Shown piece after piece: positions 42,668-57,216 of a DNA stretch of 64,000 nt. The notes under the pieces were generated by a model. The model was not told the DNA's origin. It made no database searches and was given only the letters and a program-made list of their open reading frames with translations. Position numbers and translations under genes: made by a program. Source of the stretch: Eledone cirrhosa (taxonomy: Eukaryota); contig OZ024741.1 in assembly GCA_964016885.1 (NCBI GenBank), forward strand, positions 110,236,001 to 110,300,000. The letters run 5' to 3'. Each line of letters opens with the position of its first letter. The stretch's first letter is position 1.

Positions 42668-43590
42668 CAAACTTAGACGGGCACAAAACAGAGAGGCAGA
42701 CAAATAAAGGTTTATTAGGTTCACGCTCTTGAGAGTGGGGTGGGGGGACGTTTCGGCCTAAGCCCTTCTTCGGGAGTAAATACGTTAGGAAGAGAGTTCC
42801 GAAGGTGTGTGGAAATACATTTAGAAAAAAGGAGGAAGGAGAACATATAAAAATAAAAATAAACGTAAAAATAAACATAAGAATACACAATAAGATGAAC
42901 AAGTGGTGGAAGGGTGTGAGGAGTGTGGATTCTGGAGGTTGAGTGTGTATATGTGGGGGGTAAGCACGTGTGTGTTTGTGTTTATACGTGGTGTGGATGT
43001 GGGTGGCGTGGTGCGAAAAAATGTGAGTGTATGTTCGTGGGTAAGTTCCTGGGGTAGTTCCATCGAGTGTGCGAAGAGTTGCTGGATATTTTTCATGTTA
43101 TGGAGTGGATGGCTGAAGAGATGCCCGGTGGTGTAGAATCCAATGTTGGTGGTGGTCGGAAGTGGGGTCGGGATGTGAAAGGTGGTGTTCGTGTGCGTGG
43201 GGTCTGGAGGAAGTTAGTGATGTTAGTTGTGGGGTGGTCAGAGTGGATGTGTGGGTGAGGGTTAGTGGTGGTAGTAGGGTGTGTGGATAGTGTGAGTGCG
43301 TTCAGGTGGGTGGGTGCGTGTTAGGGGGAGGGGATATTACTATTGTTAGTTGGGGGAGGGCCGAGGGGTGAGGTGGGGTGTTAGTATTGTTAGTTGTGGG
43401 ATGGGCCAAGGGGATGAGGCGGTGAAAAGGAGAAGTGTGTTAGAGGTGTTAGTCGGGAATGTGTGGGGCGAAGGGTGGGCGGTCGAAGGCTAAAGGAATA
43501 GGGGTGGGGAGTTCAGGCCGGGGGGGGGGGGGGGGAATGTGAAGATGGTGCGTTGTTCGACCGTGAGGCGGATGGCGGGTGTTCCATGGC
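42665..43590 (-). mobile_element. Possible Penelope-like 3' region with hammerhead-like motif
   Basis: Minus 42747-42776 CCGAAGA-A-GGGC-TTAG-GCC-GAAACGTC; CA-rich UTR like the other Penelope copies; stem I not evident. Confidence 0.4.
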
Positions 43591-43609
43591 ATTAGAATAT
43601 ATATATATA

Positions 43610-44856
<1,247 letters not shown>

Positions 44857-44931
44857 TGTATCTTTGTGTGAGAAAGAGAGTGTGTGTATATATGTGTGTA
44901 TGTCCGTGTGTATTAATGAATATAATGAGTT

Positions 44932-45140
44932 CTTATATAGGCACAAGGCCAGCAATTTTGGGGGAGGGGAAAGTCGATTAAATCATCCGCAGTGCGTTAC
45001 TGGTGCTTTATTTCATCGATCCCGTAAGGATAAGAGGCAAAGTTAACGTCGGCGGGATTTGAACTCAGACTGTAAAGAACCGTAACTCTATGCTTCAAAG
45101 CATGGCGTCTGACCCTCTAACGATACTGCCAATCCACCGC
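44932..45140 (-). mobile_element. SINE family A (long variant)
   Basis: Reverse complement of consensus. Confidence 0.85.
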
Positions 45141-45163
45141 CCTTATAATAATGACAATAATAA

Positions 45164-45382
45164 TAGTATCGGTAGAGCGTCGGACAATATGCTTTGCGAC
45201 ATAGAGTTATGGCCCTTTACTTTCTGTGTTCAAATCCCATCGAGGTTAGCTTTGCCTTTCATCCTTACGGGGTCGATAAAATAAAATACCAGTAATGCAG
45301 TGGAGTCGATCTAATCAACTTTACCCCCCACCCCCACCACAAAAAAATTGTTGGTTTTGTGCCTAAATCAGAAACGATAATT
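45164..45382 (+). mobile_element. SINE family A (long variant)
   Basis: AGTATCGGTAGAGCGTCGG..GTTCAAATCC..GTCGATAAAATAAA. Confidence 0.85.
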
Positions 45383-45409
45383 TTTATTGCGTATCATTAC
45401 TGCTTTACC

Positions 45410-45742
45410 AAGCACAACATGTGCACCTTGGGTATGGACAGTATAGTTTGTTGTTGTTGTTGTTTCTATTGTATTGATATTACTTTCCGCAATATGTGTG
45501 CAGTGTCTAGTAGTGCTATCTGTATGCTGTATATATTTGTAAGTCCTGGGGGTTGGGTTATATATTTGTCTGTGTGTTTTTTTATCATCCCCAGAGCACC
45601 TATTATTATAGGTATTGTTTCTGTTTTCATTTTCCACATTTGAGTTATTTCTATCTGTAGATCTTTATATTTGGAGAGTTTCTCCATTTCCTTGGAAGAT
45701 ATATTGTCGTCTGTGGGGATAGATACATCTATTAGAAGGCAT
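45410..45742 (-). mobile_element. R4/Dong-like RLE C-terminal fragment (second family)
   Basis: LLIDVSIPTD..EKLSKYKDLQIEITQMW..IPIIIGALG..LLDTAHILRKV. Confidence 0.85.
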
Positions 45743-45744
45743 TA

Positions 45745-45874
45745 GCCCTTTCCATTCTGAGTTCAAATCCCTCCGAGGTTAACTTTGCCTTTCATCCTTA
45801 CGGGGTCGATAAAATAAAGTACCAGTAATGTACTGGGTAATTGCTGGCCTTGTGCCCAAAGTAGAAACAATTAT
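45745..45874 (+). mobile_element. SINE family A, truncated
   Basis: Consensus match. Confidence 0.9.
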
Positions 45875-46054
45875 TTTTCTTGGTGGTGTTTTACTATATC
45901 AGTTGGCTTTGATCTTTCTGTCTGTATGTATTGACATATCCCAGAGATTGGTTGCTTTGTCATTCTCTGACACTTTTATTATTATTATCATTATCTCAAT
46001 AATCATGATTATTACTACATTCATCCATTCGTGTACATTACTCAAAATGACCGC

Positions 46055-46917
<863 letters not shown>

Positions 46918-47149
46918 GATATTTGCTATTATTATCTGAACCAAAGACTTCCTTAACTCACCAAGCACCAATAATAATAAGTAGACCCATGTGAACCTAC
47001 ATCCGGCCAATGATGGTTCGATTTGTACTAAAACCTTCACTATTGCTAATCTGCTAAACTATGAACAAGCGCAGCCTGGCGACATCAATACAACTTAGAG
47101 AGAGTCTCGACAGATATATACGTGACCAACGAAATATTGTTAGTAGATG

Positions 47150-47340
47150 TTGGTGGATAGAGTGATGATGGATGACGTTGGGTGGAGCTGCATGGTGATG
47201 GTGTTGGTGGTGGTGGTGGTGGTGGTGGTGGTGGTGGTGGTGGTGGTGGTGGTGGTGGTGGTGGTGGTGGTGGTGGTGGTGGTGGTCGTCGTGGTCGTGG
47301 CTGAGGAAGAGGAGGTGCATGGTGACGGTGTTGGTGGTGG

Positions 47341-47371
<31 letters not shown>

Positions 47372-47514
47372 GGTGGTGGTGGTGTTGTTGTTGTTGTTGT
47401 TGTTGGTGGTGGTGGTGTTGTTGTTGTTGGTGGTGGTGGTGGTGGTCGTCGTGGTCGTGGCTGAGGAAGAGGAGGTGCATGGTGATGGTGTTGGTGGTGG
47501 TGGTGTTGTTGTTG

Positions 47515-47545
<31 letters not shown>

Positions 47546-49080
47546 AGGTGTTGTTGTTGTTGGTGGTGGTGGTGGTGGTGGTGGTGTTGTTGGTGGTGGT
47601 GGTGTTGCTGTTGTTGTTGTTGGTGGTCGTCGTCGTCGTCGTCATGGTCGTGGTCGTGGCGGAGGAAGAGGAGGTGTATGGTGGTGCTGGTGGTGGTGGT
47701 AGTAGTTGGCGTTGGGTGGAGGTGGATGGTGGTGGTGGTGGTGGAAGCGGTATTGGTGGTGGTGGTGGTGGTGGTGGTGGTGGTGGTGTTGATGATGGTG
47801 GTGATGATGGCGGTGGTTGTGGCGGTGGTTGGGGTTGGCGTTGGGTGGAGTTGGTGGTGGTGGTAATAGTAGTGATAGTGGTGGTTGTGGTGTTCGTGGT
47901 GATAGTGGTGGTGATGGTGGTGGTCGTGGTGGTGGTGGTTGGCGTTAGTTGGTCGTGGAGGTGGTGGTAGTGGTGGTGGTGGTAGTAGTAGTGATAGTAG
48001 TGGTTGTGTTGTTTGTGATGATAATAGTGGTGGTGGTGATAGTGGTGGTGGTGGTGGTGGTGATAGTGGTGGTGATGGTGGTGGTGGTGGTGGTGGATAC
48101 GATGGCGCTGGTGATACAATGTTGTGGATCTACATGGAGGGTGCGATGGTGTGTGTAGTTGGTAAGTGGTTGATGATGATGGTAGCACTGCTGGTTGTCG
48201 TGGTATCGGTAGTGGTGGTGGTGTTGGTGCTGGACCTGATGGTGGTGATGGTCTTGATGGTGGTGATGTGGTGGTGCTGGTGCTGCTGGCGGCGGTGGTG
48301 GTGATGGTGGTGGTGGTGGTAGCGGTGGTTGGGGTTGTGGTGATGGTAGCGGTGGTTGGTGTTGTGGTGATGGTGATGTTGATGGTGGTGGGCCTGATGG
48401 TGTTGATAGAGGTGATGATGGTTATGGTGGTGCTGGCGGCGGCGGTGGTGGTAGCGGTGGTTGGTGTTGTGGTGATGGTGATGTTGATGGTGGTGGGCCT
48501 GATGGTGTTGATAGAGGTGATGATGGTTATGGTGGTGCTGACGGCGGCGGTGGTGGTAGCGGTGGTTGGTGTTGTGGTGATGGTGATGTTGATGGTGGTG
48601 GGCCTGATGGTGTTGATAGTGGTGATGATGGTTATGGTGGTGCTGACGGCGGCGGTGGTGGTAGCGGTGGTTGGTGTTGTGGTGATGGTGATGTTGATGG
48701 TGGTGGGCCTGATGGTGTTGATAGTGGTGATGATGGTTATGGTGGTGCTGGCGGCGGCGGTGGTGGTAGCGGTGGTGGTAGCGGTGGTTGGGTTTGTGGT
48801 GATGGTGATGTTGATGGTGGTGGGCCTGATGGTGTTGATAGAGGTGATGATGGTTATGGTGGTGCTGGCGGCGGCGGTGGTGATGGTGGTGGTGGTAGCG
48901 GTGGTTGGGGTTGTGGTGATGGTGATGTTGATGGTGGTGGGCCTGATGGTGTTGATAGTGGTGATGATGGTTATGGTGGTGCTGGTGGCGGCGGTGGTGG
49001 AGGTGGTGGTGGTAGCGGTGGTTGGTGTTGTGGTGATGGTGATGTTGATTGTGGTGGACCCAATGGTGGTGGTTGTGGCC
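47150..49080. repeat. (GGT)/(GTT) arrays including about 105-bp tandem unit (48320-49050)
   Basis: GTAGCGGTGGTTGGTGTTGTGGTGATGG recurs at 48451, 48556, 48661. Confidence 0.9.
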
Positions 49081-49158
49081 TTTTATATATGGTGTGGTTT
49101 ATGTATTGAACAGACGGCAGATCAATTAATATAACTGATACACACACAGTATGTATAC

Positions 49159-49220
<62 letters not shown>

Positions 49221-49335
49221 GTACACACATACATATATATATATATGTATATGTAGAGAGAGAGAGAGGGGGAGATGATCGGTACAATTATATCATTCTC
49301 AGTGTGTGTGTGTGTGTGTGTGTTTGGTGTGTCTG

Positions 49336-49371
<36 letters not shown>

Positions 49372-49445
49372 TATGTATATATATATATATGCATATATGT
49401 ATATATATACATATATATATATATTTCCACATATATATATATATG

Positions 49446-49521
<76 letters not shown>

Positions 49522-49548
49522 CATACATACATACATACATACATACAT

Positions 49549-49580
<32 letters not shown>

Positions 49581-49805
49581 GCGTCTGGCGAAGCGCTTTC
49601 CGGTTGGTCTGGTGATGTTCTTCCGAGATATTATACTTTGTATGTATGTGTGCAGGAAAATACGTGTGTTTAGTGCGTGGTAGTGGTGGTGGTAGTATTG
49701 TTATGTTTTGTGGGTGTAATGATTTAAATAGACATACATGCACACTTGTGTTTATGTCAATAAATGTATTCTTTGTATTTATTTAATTCATATCTATCAT
49801 ATATG

Positions 49806-49825
49806 TTTCTTTTTATTTGCCACCA
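49806..49825 (-). mobile_element. 20-bp Tx1 3'-terminal stub with 10-bp TSD
   Basis: Inverse of TGGTGGCAAATAAAAAGAAA (13265-13284), flanked by ATCATATATG at 49796-49805 and 49826-49835. Confidence 0.65.
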
Positions 49826-49876
49826 ATCATATATGCCATGCATACATATACGTACATGTGTGTACGTAAGCAAGGG

Positions 49877-49911
<35 letters not shown>

Positions 49912-50085
49912 ATATATATATGTGTGTATGTCTGAGTGTGTTTGTGTGATATACATGGTATTGTATATGATATATGATATATATATATATATATATATGT
50001 ATATAGGAAAAAGTATGACCCCCGCCGGCAGAGCTCAAGCCGTTTCGATGGCTATTTCTGGATTGTAGGAGAGGAATAAATTGGG

Positions 50086-50140
<55 letters not shown>

Positions 50141-50195
50141 ACCCAATTTATTCCTCTCCTACACACACATATGTATATGTATATGTATATATATA

Positions 50196-50349
<154 letters not shown>

Positions 50350-50610
50350 CACACACATATATATATGTATGTATGTATGTGTATGTATGTATACATATAT
50401 ATATGTATATGTCTATATATATATACATATATATATGTATATATATATATACGGTATATAAATATATTATGCATATATATATATGATAGAGATATATGTA
50501 TGTATATAAGATATATATATATATACATATACACACATATATATACATATATATATATATATGTATACATACCTACATATATATATTTATATGTATATAT
50601 ATTTTTATGT

Positions 50611-51568
50611 ATAAGTATGTATACGTACATACATATATGTATACAGACGTACAGTAGTATGTATATATATATATACATACATGCACATATATATATATGT
50701 ACGTATGGATTCACCGAACATTTATTATAATGCTCGGTGTGTTTGTAAACAAACATGCCGTATTAAGCCGTAGTGTCCAGCAATCACCGTTGCTCGTTTG
50801 TTCAACACTGACAAAGGAACGCTGTACTAGTTGCAAGCTTATCAGCTATCGTCAGCAACGTATACCTTTCTACCGTCAGTGTTGAATAAACGAGCAACGG
50901 TGATTGCTGGACACTACGGCTTAATACGGGATGTTTGTTTACAAATACACCGAGCATTATAATAAATGTTCGGTGAATCCATACGTACATATATATATGT
51001 GTGCATGTAGTATATATATATACATACTACTGTACGTCTGTATACATATATGTATGTACGTATACATACTTATATTTAAGTAACAGCCGTACTAAGAGTG
51101 GGAAATGAAATTTCGTTTCATTTTTTCCGTTTATCGTTTTTGGTGCACCCGGCCGATTAACCCACTCGATATGCAAATTGGGCTACTCAGCCGTTAATAT
51201 GCATAAGGAAAGTATATACTTTCGGGCGTTCAATCATCTGGCAGGAAGGTATACGTTGCTGACGATAGCTAATAAGCTTGAAACTAGTACAGCGTTCCTT
51301 TGTCAGTGTTGAACAAACGAGCAACGGTGGTTGCTGGACACTACGGCTTAATACAGGATGTTTGTTTACAAACACACCAAGCATTATAATAAATGTTCGG
51401 TGAATCCATACGTACATATATATATATGTGTGCATGTATGTATATATATATATACACATACTACTGTACGTCTGTATACATATATGTATGTACGTATACA
51501 TACTTATATTTAAGTAACAGCCGTACTAAGAGTGGAAAATGAAATTTCGTTTCATTTTTTCCCCGTTT
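50611..51568 (+). mobile_element. Penelope pLTR/retrozyme-like element: one inverted plus two tandem copies
   Basis: 50611-50868 inverse of 51246-51508; 50875-51131 direct repeat of 51302-51567. Confidence 0.85.
51254..51294 (+). ncRNA. Minimal type I hammerhead ribozyme, intact core
   Basis: CGTTG-CTGACGA-T-AGCT-AATA-AGCT-T-GAAAC-TA-GTA-CAGCG; inverted copy 50820-50860 has GCAAC mutation. Confidence 0.85.
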
Positions 51569-51704
51569 ATTTATATGTATATATATATACATTATGCATA
51601 TATATAGATATATGTATGTATATAAGATATATATGTACATATATATATATATATAATTCTATATATATATATATATGATCGATATATATATATATATATA
51701 TATG

Positions 51705-51795
<91 letters not shown>

Positions 51796-51797
51796 CA

Positions 51798-51831
<34 letters not shown>

Positions 51832-51845
51832 CATACATACATACA

Positions 51846-51881
<36 letters not shown>

Positions 51882-52142
51882 TAGTCATTAACCGTTTATT
51901 CATACATTTTACGAACAAACAAGTGCAATCACACACAATAAGACATACACAGAGACACACACAAAGACAAGGAGCGAGTGAAGTCTTTAGTTGGTTGGAA
52001 AGATAAGCTGAATCAAATTTATGACCAATATTTTGTAAGCTAAAACTGCCGCACTTGTTTAGACTGACAGTTGATTTATACTGATCCACTGAAATATGGT
52101 CTTTCTCTTATAGAACAACATCACTAGTTCAAATCAACCCAC

Positions 52143-52212
<70 letters not shown>

Positions 52213-52351
52213 CCTCTCTCTCACCCCCTCTCTCTCTCTCTTTCTCTGTATATGAATGTGTATTTGTGTGTCTGTGTATACATATATATATTCATATAGA
52301 GAGATACAGATATATATATATATATATATATACATATATAAATATATATAA

Positions 52352-52385
<34 letters not shown>

Positions 52386-52405
52386 GTATATATATACATA
52401 TATAA

Positions 52406-52466
<61 letters not shown>

Positions 52467-52493
52467 CATATATAAATATATATAAATATATAT

Positions 52494-52538
<45 letters not shown>

Positions 52539-52617
52539 TAAATATATATCAATATATATATACACACACACACACCTATATATATGTATACATATATAAA
52601 TATATATAAATATATAT

Positions 52618-52648
<31 letters not shown>

Positions 52649-52966
52649 CACATATTCTGTCTGTCTCTGCTTCCCACTCTATATACTCAACTCAGTATAT
52701 CAGACTAATCAGACTATGTATGTTTAAGCACACGTGTAATTACATTATGTATGTTGGTGTGTGAGAGTTTGTGCTTGTGTTTTATATATATATAAATATA
52801 TATTAATGTGTGTGAGTGTGTATAAGCACAAAATTGCATTGTCCAGGGAGTAGCTGGTGAGGAATCTTTATGCTTTTGTTCATTTGTCCCACGTAATAGG
52901 TTTATTTTTCCTTTGCAACTTTGCTATCTCTCTTATTCTTTTTTTCTTTCTTTCCCTCTTTTTCTA

Positions 52967-53066
<100 letters not shown>

Positions 53067-53072
53067 GTATGA

Positions 53073-53675
53073 AAGATGAAGGATTCTAGAATACCAAAAC
53101 AACTCTTTTATGGAGAGTTAGTTAAAGGAAAACGACCGCCACATAAACCAAAAAAGAGGTATAAGGATTCCTTGAAAGCCCCTCTGAAAGACGCTAACAT
53201 CTCTGCTGATACATGGGAAAATGTTGCTGCTGATCGTAATAAATGGAGAAAGACTGTATATGAGGGAAAAGTTGCCTTTGAGGCATCTCGAATCGCACAC
53301 GAGAAAGTAAAGCGGGATGTGAGGAAGGGCATTACTGTTGCACTTCCAGACGGCGAAGGTCCTCCTATGGCGCTGACATGCAGCGTATGTGCGAGACTCT
53401 GCCTAAGCAAAGCTGGACTCGAAAGTCATCTTCGCAGTCATAAAGTGAGACCAGTGGTTGACTACCAGGCTGCTGTTGGAGATGCTACTCATCATGCTTG
53501 CCAAACATGTGGTAGAGAATGTAAATCAGCAGGAGGGATCAAACGACATGCAAAAGTACATGAACTCCAACCACAGCCGACTATTCCCAGTGAATGTTTT
53601 GGTTGCCGACTCTGTGCAAGACATTTTAGATCATTGGCTGGGCTAAAAAGCCACATTCGATCGCAGCGCTGTTAA
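53073..53675 (+). mobile_element. RTE-clade LINE C-terminus with three C2H2 zinc fingers, uninterrupted
   Basis: RIPKQLFYGEL..GKR..KRYKDSLK..WE..A.DR.KWR then CSVC..H..H, CQTC..H...H, CRLC..HIRS. Confidence 0.85.
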
Positions 53676-53761
53676 TTGCTATCGTGTGTGTGTGTGTATA
53701 TATGTGTATATCATTATTGTTGTTGTTGTTGTCGTTATTATTATTGTTGTTATTATTATTA

Positions 53762-53942
53762 ATAGGCAGTATCGGTAGAGGGTCGCATGTGCTTTCCAGC
53801 ATAGTTACGTCCCTTTACGTTCTGAGTTCAAATCCATGCTGAGGTTAACTTTGCCTTTCATCCTTACAGGGTCGATAAAATAAAGTACCAGTAATGTACT
53901 GGGTAATTGGTGGCCTTGTGCCAAAAGTAGAAACAATTATTA
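53762..53942 (+). mobile_element. SINE family A
   Basis: Consensus match with (ATT)n tail. Confidence 0.9.
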
Positions 53943-54164
53943 TTATTAATATTATTATTATTATTCTCTACATTCCTTACATCAAACTAAAATATTTGTT
54001 TATTTATTTTTGAAAGATTTTAATTTTTTTTATTTTTGAAAGATTTTTATCTTTTTTTAGAGATATTTTTTGAAAGCAAAGCATTGGCCTCTAAAATACT
54101 ACAGGGAGGATTCCACCGTAGGCAACTTACCATTGGGCAACCTGGTAACCTGGCCAGTCCACCA

Positions 54165-54224
54165 CTGGTAGTAGTAGTAGTAGTAATAGTAGTAGTAGTA
54201 GTAGTGGTGGTGGTGGTGGTGGTG

Positions 54225-54287
<63 letters not shown>

Positions 54288-54288
54288 T
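54165..54288. repeat. (TAG)n/(TGG)n microsatellite
   Basis: Direct reading. Confidence 0.95.
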
Positions 54289-54725
54289 CTCAAGTTACTT
54301 ATACTTGTCTTCAAGGCAATCACTGGTTTTTGTACAAGTATGCATGTATATATAAACATATATAATATATGTATATATGTACATATATATATGTGTGTAT
54401 GCGCGCGCGCGTGCGTGTGTGTGTGCGTGTGAGTGTGTGTATGTATGCATGTATGTATTTCAAGTCATTATCGAGCGCTACTGGTAACGTGTAACTCAGT
54501 ATAACCTATTACTTAGTCGGGTCGTCGTTGACTAAACCGAAAAACTTCCCCAAACCTGCTTTATGAGGAGGGTTTTTAAGCATCCTGCGGTATTTAAAAC
54601 AAAACCTGTCAAAGCTCAGAGGATCTCATAAGAATGAACAGTCGTCCAATAATATGTGAACCCACACACACACATATATATACATACATACACACACATA
54701 TATATATATGTGTGTGTGTGTGTAC

Positions 54726-54767
<42 letters not shown>

Positions 54768-54910
54768 TTGTGTTGGTAGGTTACCGACACTTCAGTGTGC
54801 AGGGTAGAGCACTACACGAAGTACGCAGGTGGATCTGTTTACTCCGGAGTAATTTAAAAAGCAAGAAGTGTAAGTCAACAGGTTAAAATTAACTTCATTT
54901 ATCCATATTT

Positions 54911-54969
54911 GCTGCAATATATATTTCGGTGATAACCATTATTCAACAGCTATGACCTCATCAGACAGC
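54911..54969 (-). ncRNA. Type I hammerhead ribozyme, intact core, long stem II
   Basis: Minus: GCTGT-CTGATGA-GGTCATAGC...GTTATCACC-GAAA-TATATA-TT-GCAGC. Confidence 0.75.
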
Positions 54970-55129
54970 TAGAACTTGAACAGAAAAATATAATGGTGGA
55001 ACAAAGTTTACCTCCGTTATTTCGGTCTTTTGATATTCCCTGCTCCGAAGTGTGGTGTTGTTTTCTCAAAGAACTGGTGGCATATATATATAAACGAAAT
55101 AAACATTAAATATAATCCTAATCAAAGAA

Positions 55130-55195
<66 letters not shown>

Positions 55196-55269
55196 CTCGT
55201 CAAATCGAACCGAGGAAACAATGTTTCCGTTGGTCTTTCCAACTGCTATTACTCTCTATCGGTCGCAAC

Positions 55270-55390
55270 TCCCGGTAGAAGGAGCAACGTGAAATAAAGT
55301 GTCTTGCTCAAGGATCACCTGATCCGATCCGGGAATCGAACTTACAACCTCACGATTACGAATCCAATTCTCTTACTACTCAGCCATGCT
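55270..55390 (-). mobile_element. tRNA-derived SINE family B
   Basis: Minus: GCATGGCTGAGTAGTAAG..GTTCGATTCCC..CCTTGAGCAAGACACTTTATTTC; weaker relative at 18780-18857. Confidence 0.7.
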
Positions 55391-55443
55391 ATATATAGAG
55401 AGAGATTCTTTGATTTAATGTTTATTTCGTTTATATATATATA

Positions 55444-56252
55444 CTAGCAGCTGAGCCCGGTTGCACCCGGGGCCACTTTTTATTAAGTTAATAATTTGAA
55501 AAATATTATTGAAAGTTTATTATAAAGAAGCAGTTTCAGGAAAAAAATAGAAATATGCACTTGGGCTGGACGGCGTACAATGAGAAGGGGAGCGACGTGA
55601 AAAGCGTTGTTTATTAACAGCGAAATAGCAATGTCGATGATATACAATTTGAAAAATACTACTTACTGTTAGTGGTGGTTAACATGTATTAGAATTAAAA
55701 TAAAAACACGCGTCCCTTCTTCCCAATTTAAGGGTTTTATTTCTTTTGATGGAAAACAGTGACCGTACTGCAGAATCGATTTCATAAAACGGTACTGTAT
55801 GATCGTTAAATGTAGAAGGATGATAGTTTATTAACAACGAAATAGCAATGTTGATGATATGCAAGTTTAAAAATGCATATTATGAAGGTTTGTATGATAG
55901 TTTACACTTTTTCCTGAAACTGCTTCTTTACAATAAACTTTCAGTAATATTTTTCAAATTATTGGTACTGTATGTTAACAGCGAAAGAACGTTGATGAGT
56001 TTAAAAATGTGTATGAAATTGTAAATAAGACAAAAGTATTAGAACAGGGGGAAATAACTCACCGAACGCGATAGTTTGGGTGCCCCAGGGACCACATTTT
56101 TCAAGTTAGAGATTTGAAACCTCATCTATTTGCTTTCTTGGCACTTTTTACATAGGTGTGTAAATTTTCATGTCAGTCCGACCACGTCTACTACCATTTA
56201 ACCGTGCACATCTGAATTTCAACCACCACCCATTTCACAAATATATATTAGA
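55444..56252 (-). mobile_element. Non-autonomous Helitron inserted in the arm of an older inverted repeat
   Basis: Minus A|TC...CCCGGGTGCAACCGGG hairpin..CTAG|T; internal IR 55488-55545/55908-55962. Confidence 0.8.
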
Positions 56253-56693
56253 TATATGCCGCCAGTTCTTTGAGAAAATAACGCCAAACTTCGGAACAGG
56301 GTATATCAAAGGACCGAAATAACGGAGGATATTTTCTAGTTAGTATTTTATATTTGGATATGTATTGTTTAATGTTTTAATTAGGTAAATTTCAATAATG
56401 TTATCCTTGACACCTTTCATTGCTGGTTGATTATAGGAGTTTGAGTTTCCTTATTCTATTTCGTTTCACACATTTTCTGAATTTGGCTTTCAAATTAAGT
56501 TTTTTAAAGGAAGTTATTTTTGATGCATTTAATATATATTTGCAACGAAATGGTTCAAGTAGGGTTTAATTAGGACTAAAGACGAGTGCAGTGATGTTGG
56601 TTTGTCAAGCTGAACAGTGTTCTAACGTTTAAATAGTTTTATATGTTAGTCATGGCAGTGGTCTAATATGTGCAGATTATTACACAATGGGAT

Positions 56694-56724
<31 letters not shown>

Positions 56725-56751
56725 TGCAAACTTGACTGTCACCACTGAATA

Positions 56752-56790
56752 TGAACCTGAAGATTACGAAAGCATGAAAGTACTTGTTCA
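56752..56790 (+). ncRNA. Minimal type I hammerhead ribozyme
   Basis: TGAAC-CTGAAGA-TTACGAAAGCAT-GAAA-GTAC-TT-GTTCA; one mismatch in stem II. Confidence 0.65.
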
Positions 56791-56943
56791 ATTAACATTT
56801 AACATTTAACATATTCTACCAGACTATTTCATTTTAATATCATTAAAATTTTAAAGGATTGTAAATAAAACGAGTAAATCAGACAAAGTTGGAATTCCTT
56901 TTATTAATATAATCTTCTATACACAATCATACACACCCGTGTA

Positions 56944-57014
<71 letters not shown>

Positions 57015-57169
57015 ATTGGTTCTCCAACATAGCGTTAAACACTTATATGTACGTATTGTATATTGAATAATATGCTGGATGTTTATGAAAAACATTTGAG
57101 GGTTTTCGTTATGAATTTTTAAAGTTGTAACCAGCGTCAGACACCTAACCTCAGCAAAAGTAGGGGGAA

Positions 57170-57216
57170 GTAATCGACAACGCATTGTTTCGCACTTTAG
57201 AGTTTATCAAGACTAC
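57170..57216 (-). ncRNA. Decayed type I hammerhead
   Basis: Minus: GTAGTC-TTGATAA-ACTCTAAAGTGC-GAAAC-AATGCGTT-GTC-GATTAC; stems I and III pair, core has two transitions. Confidence 0.5.

Noticed and set aside
47085-49134. His/Pro/Thr and Val-rich ORFs
   Set aside because: Simple-repeat translations
53076-53675. Host C2H2 zinc-finger gene
   Set aside because: N-terminal part is RTE ORF C-terminus, no TGEKP linkers, begins at a microsatellite truncation
55330-55390. tRNA gene
   Set aside because: Only box A/B-like head followed by SINE body; no complete cloverleaf
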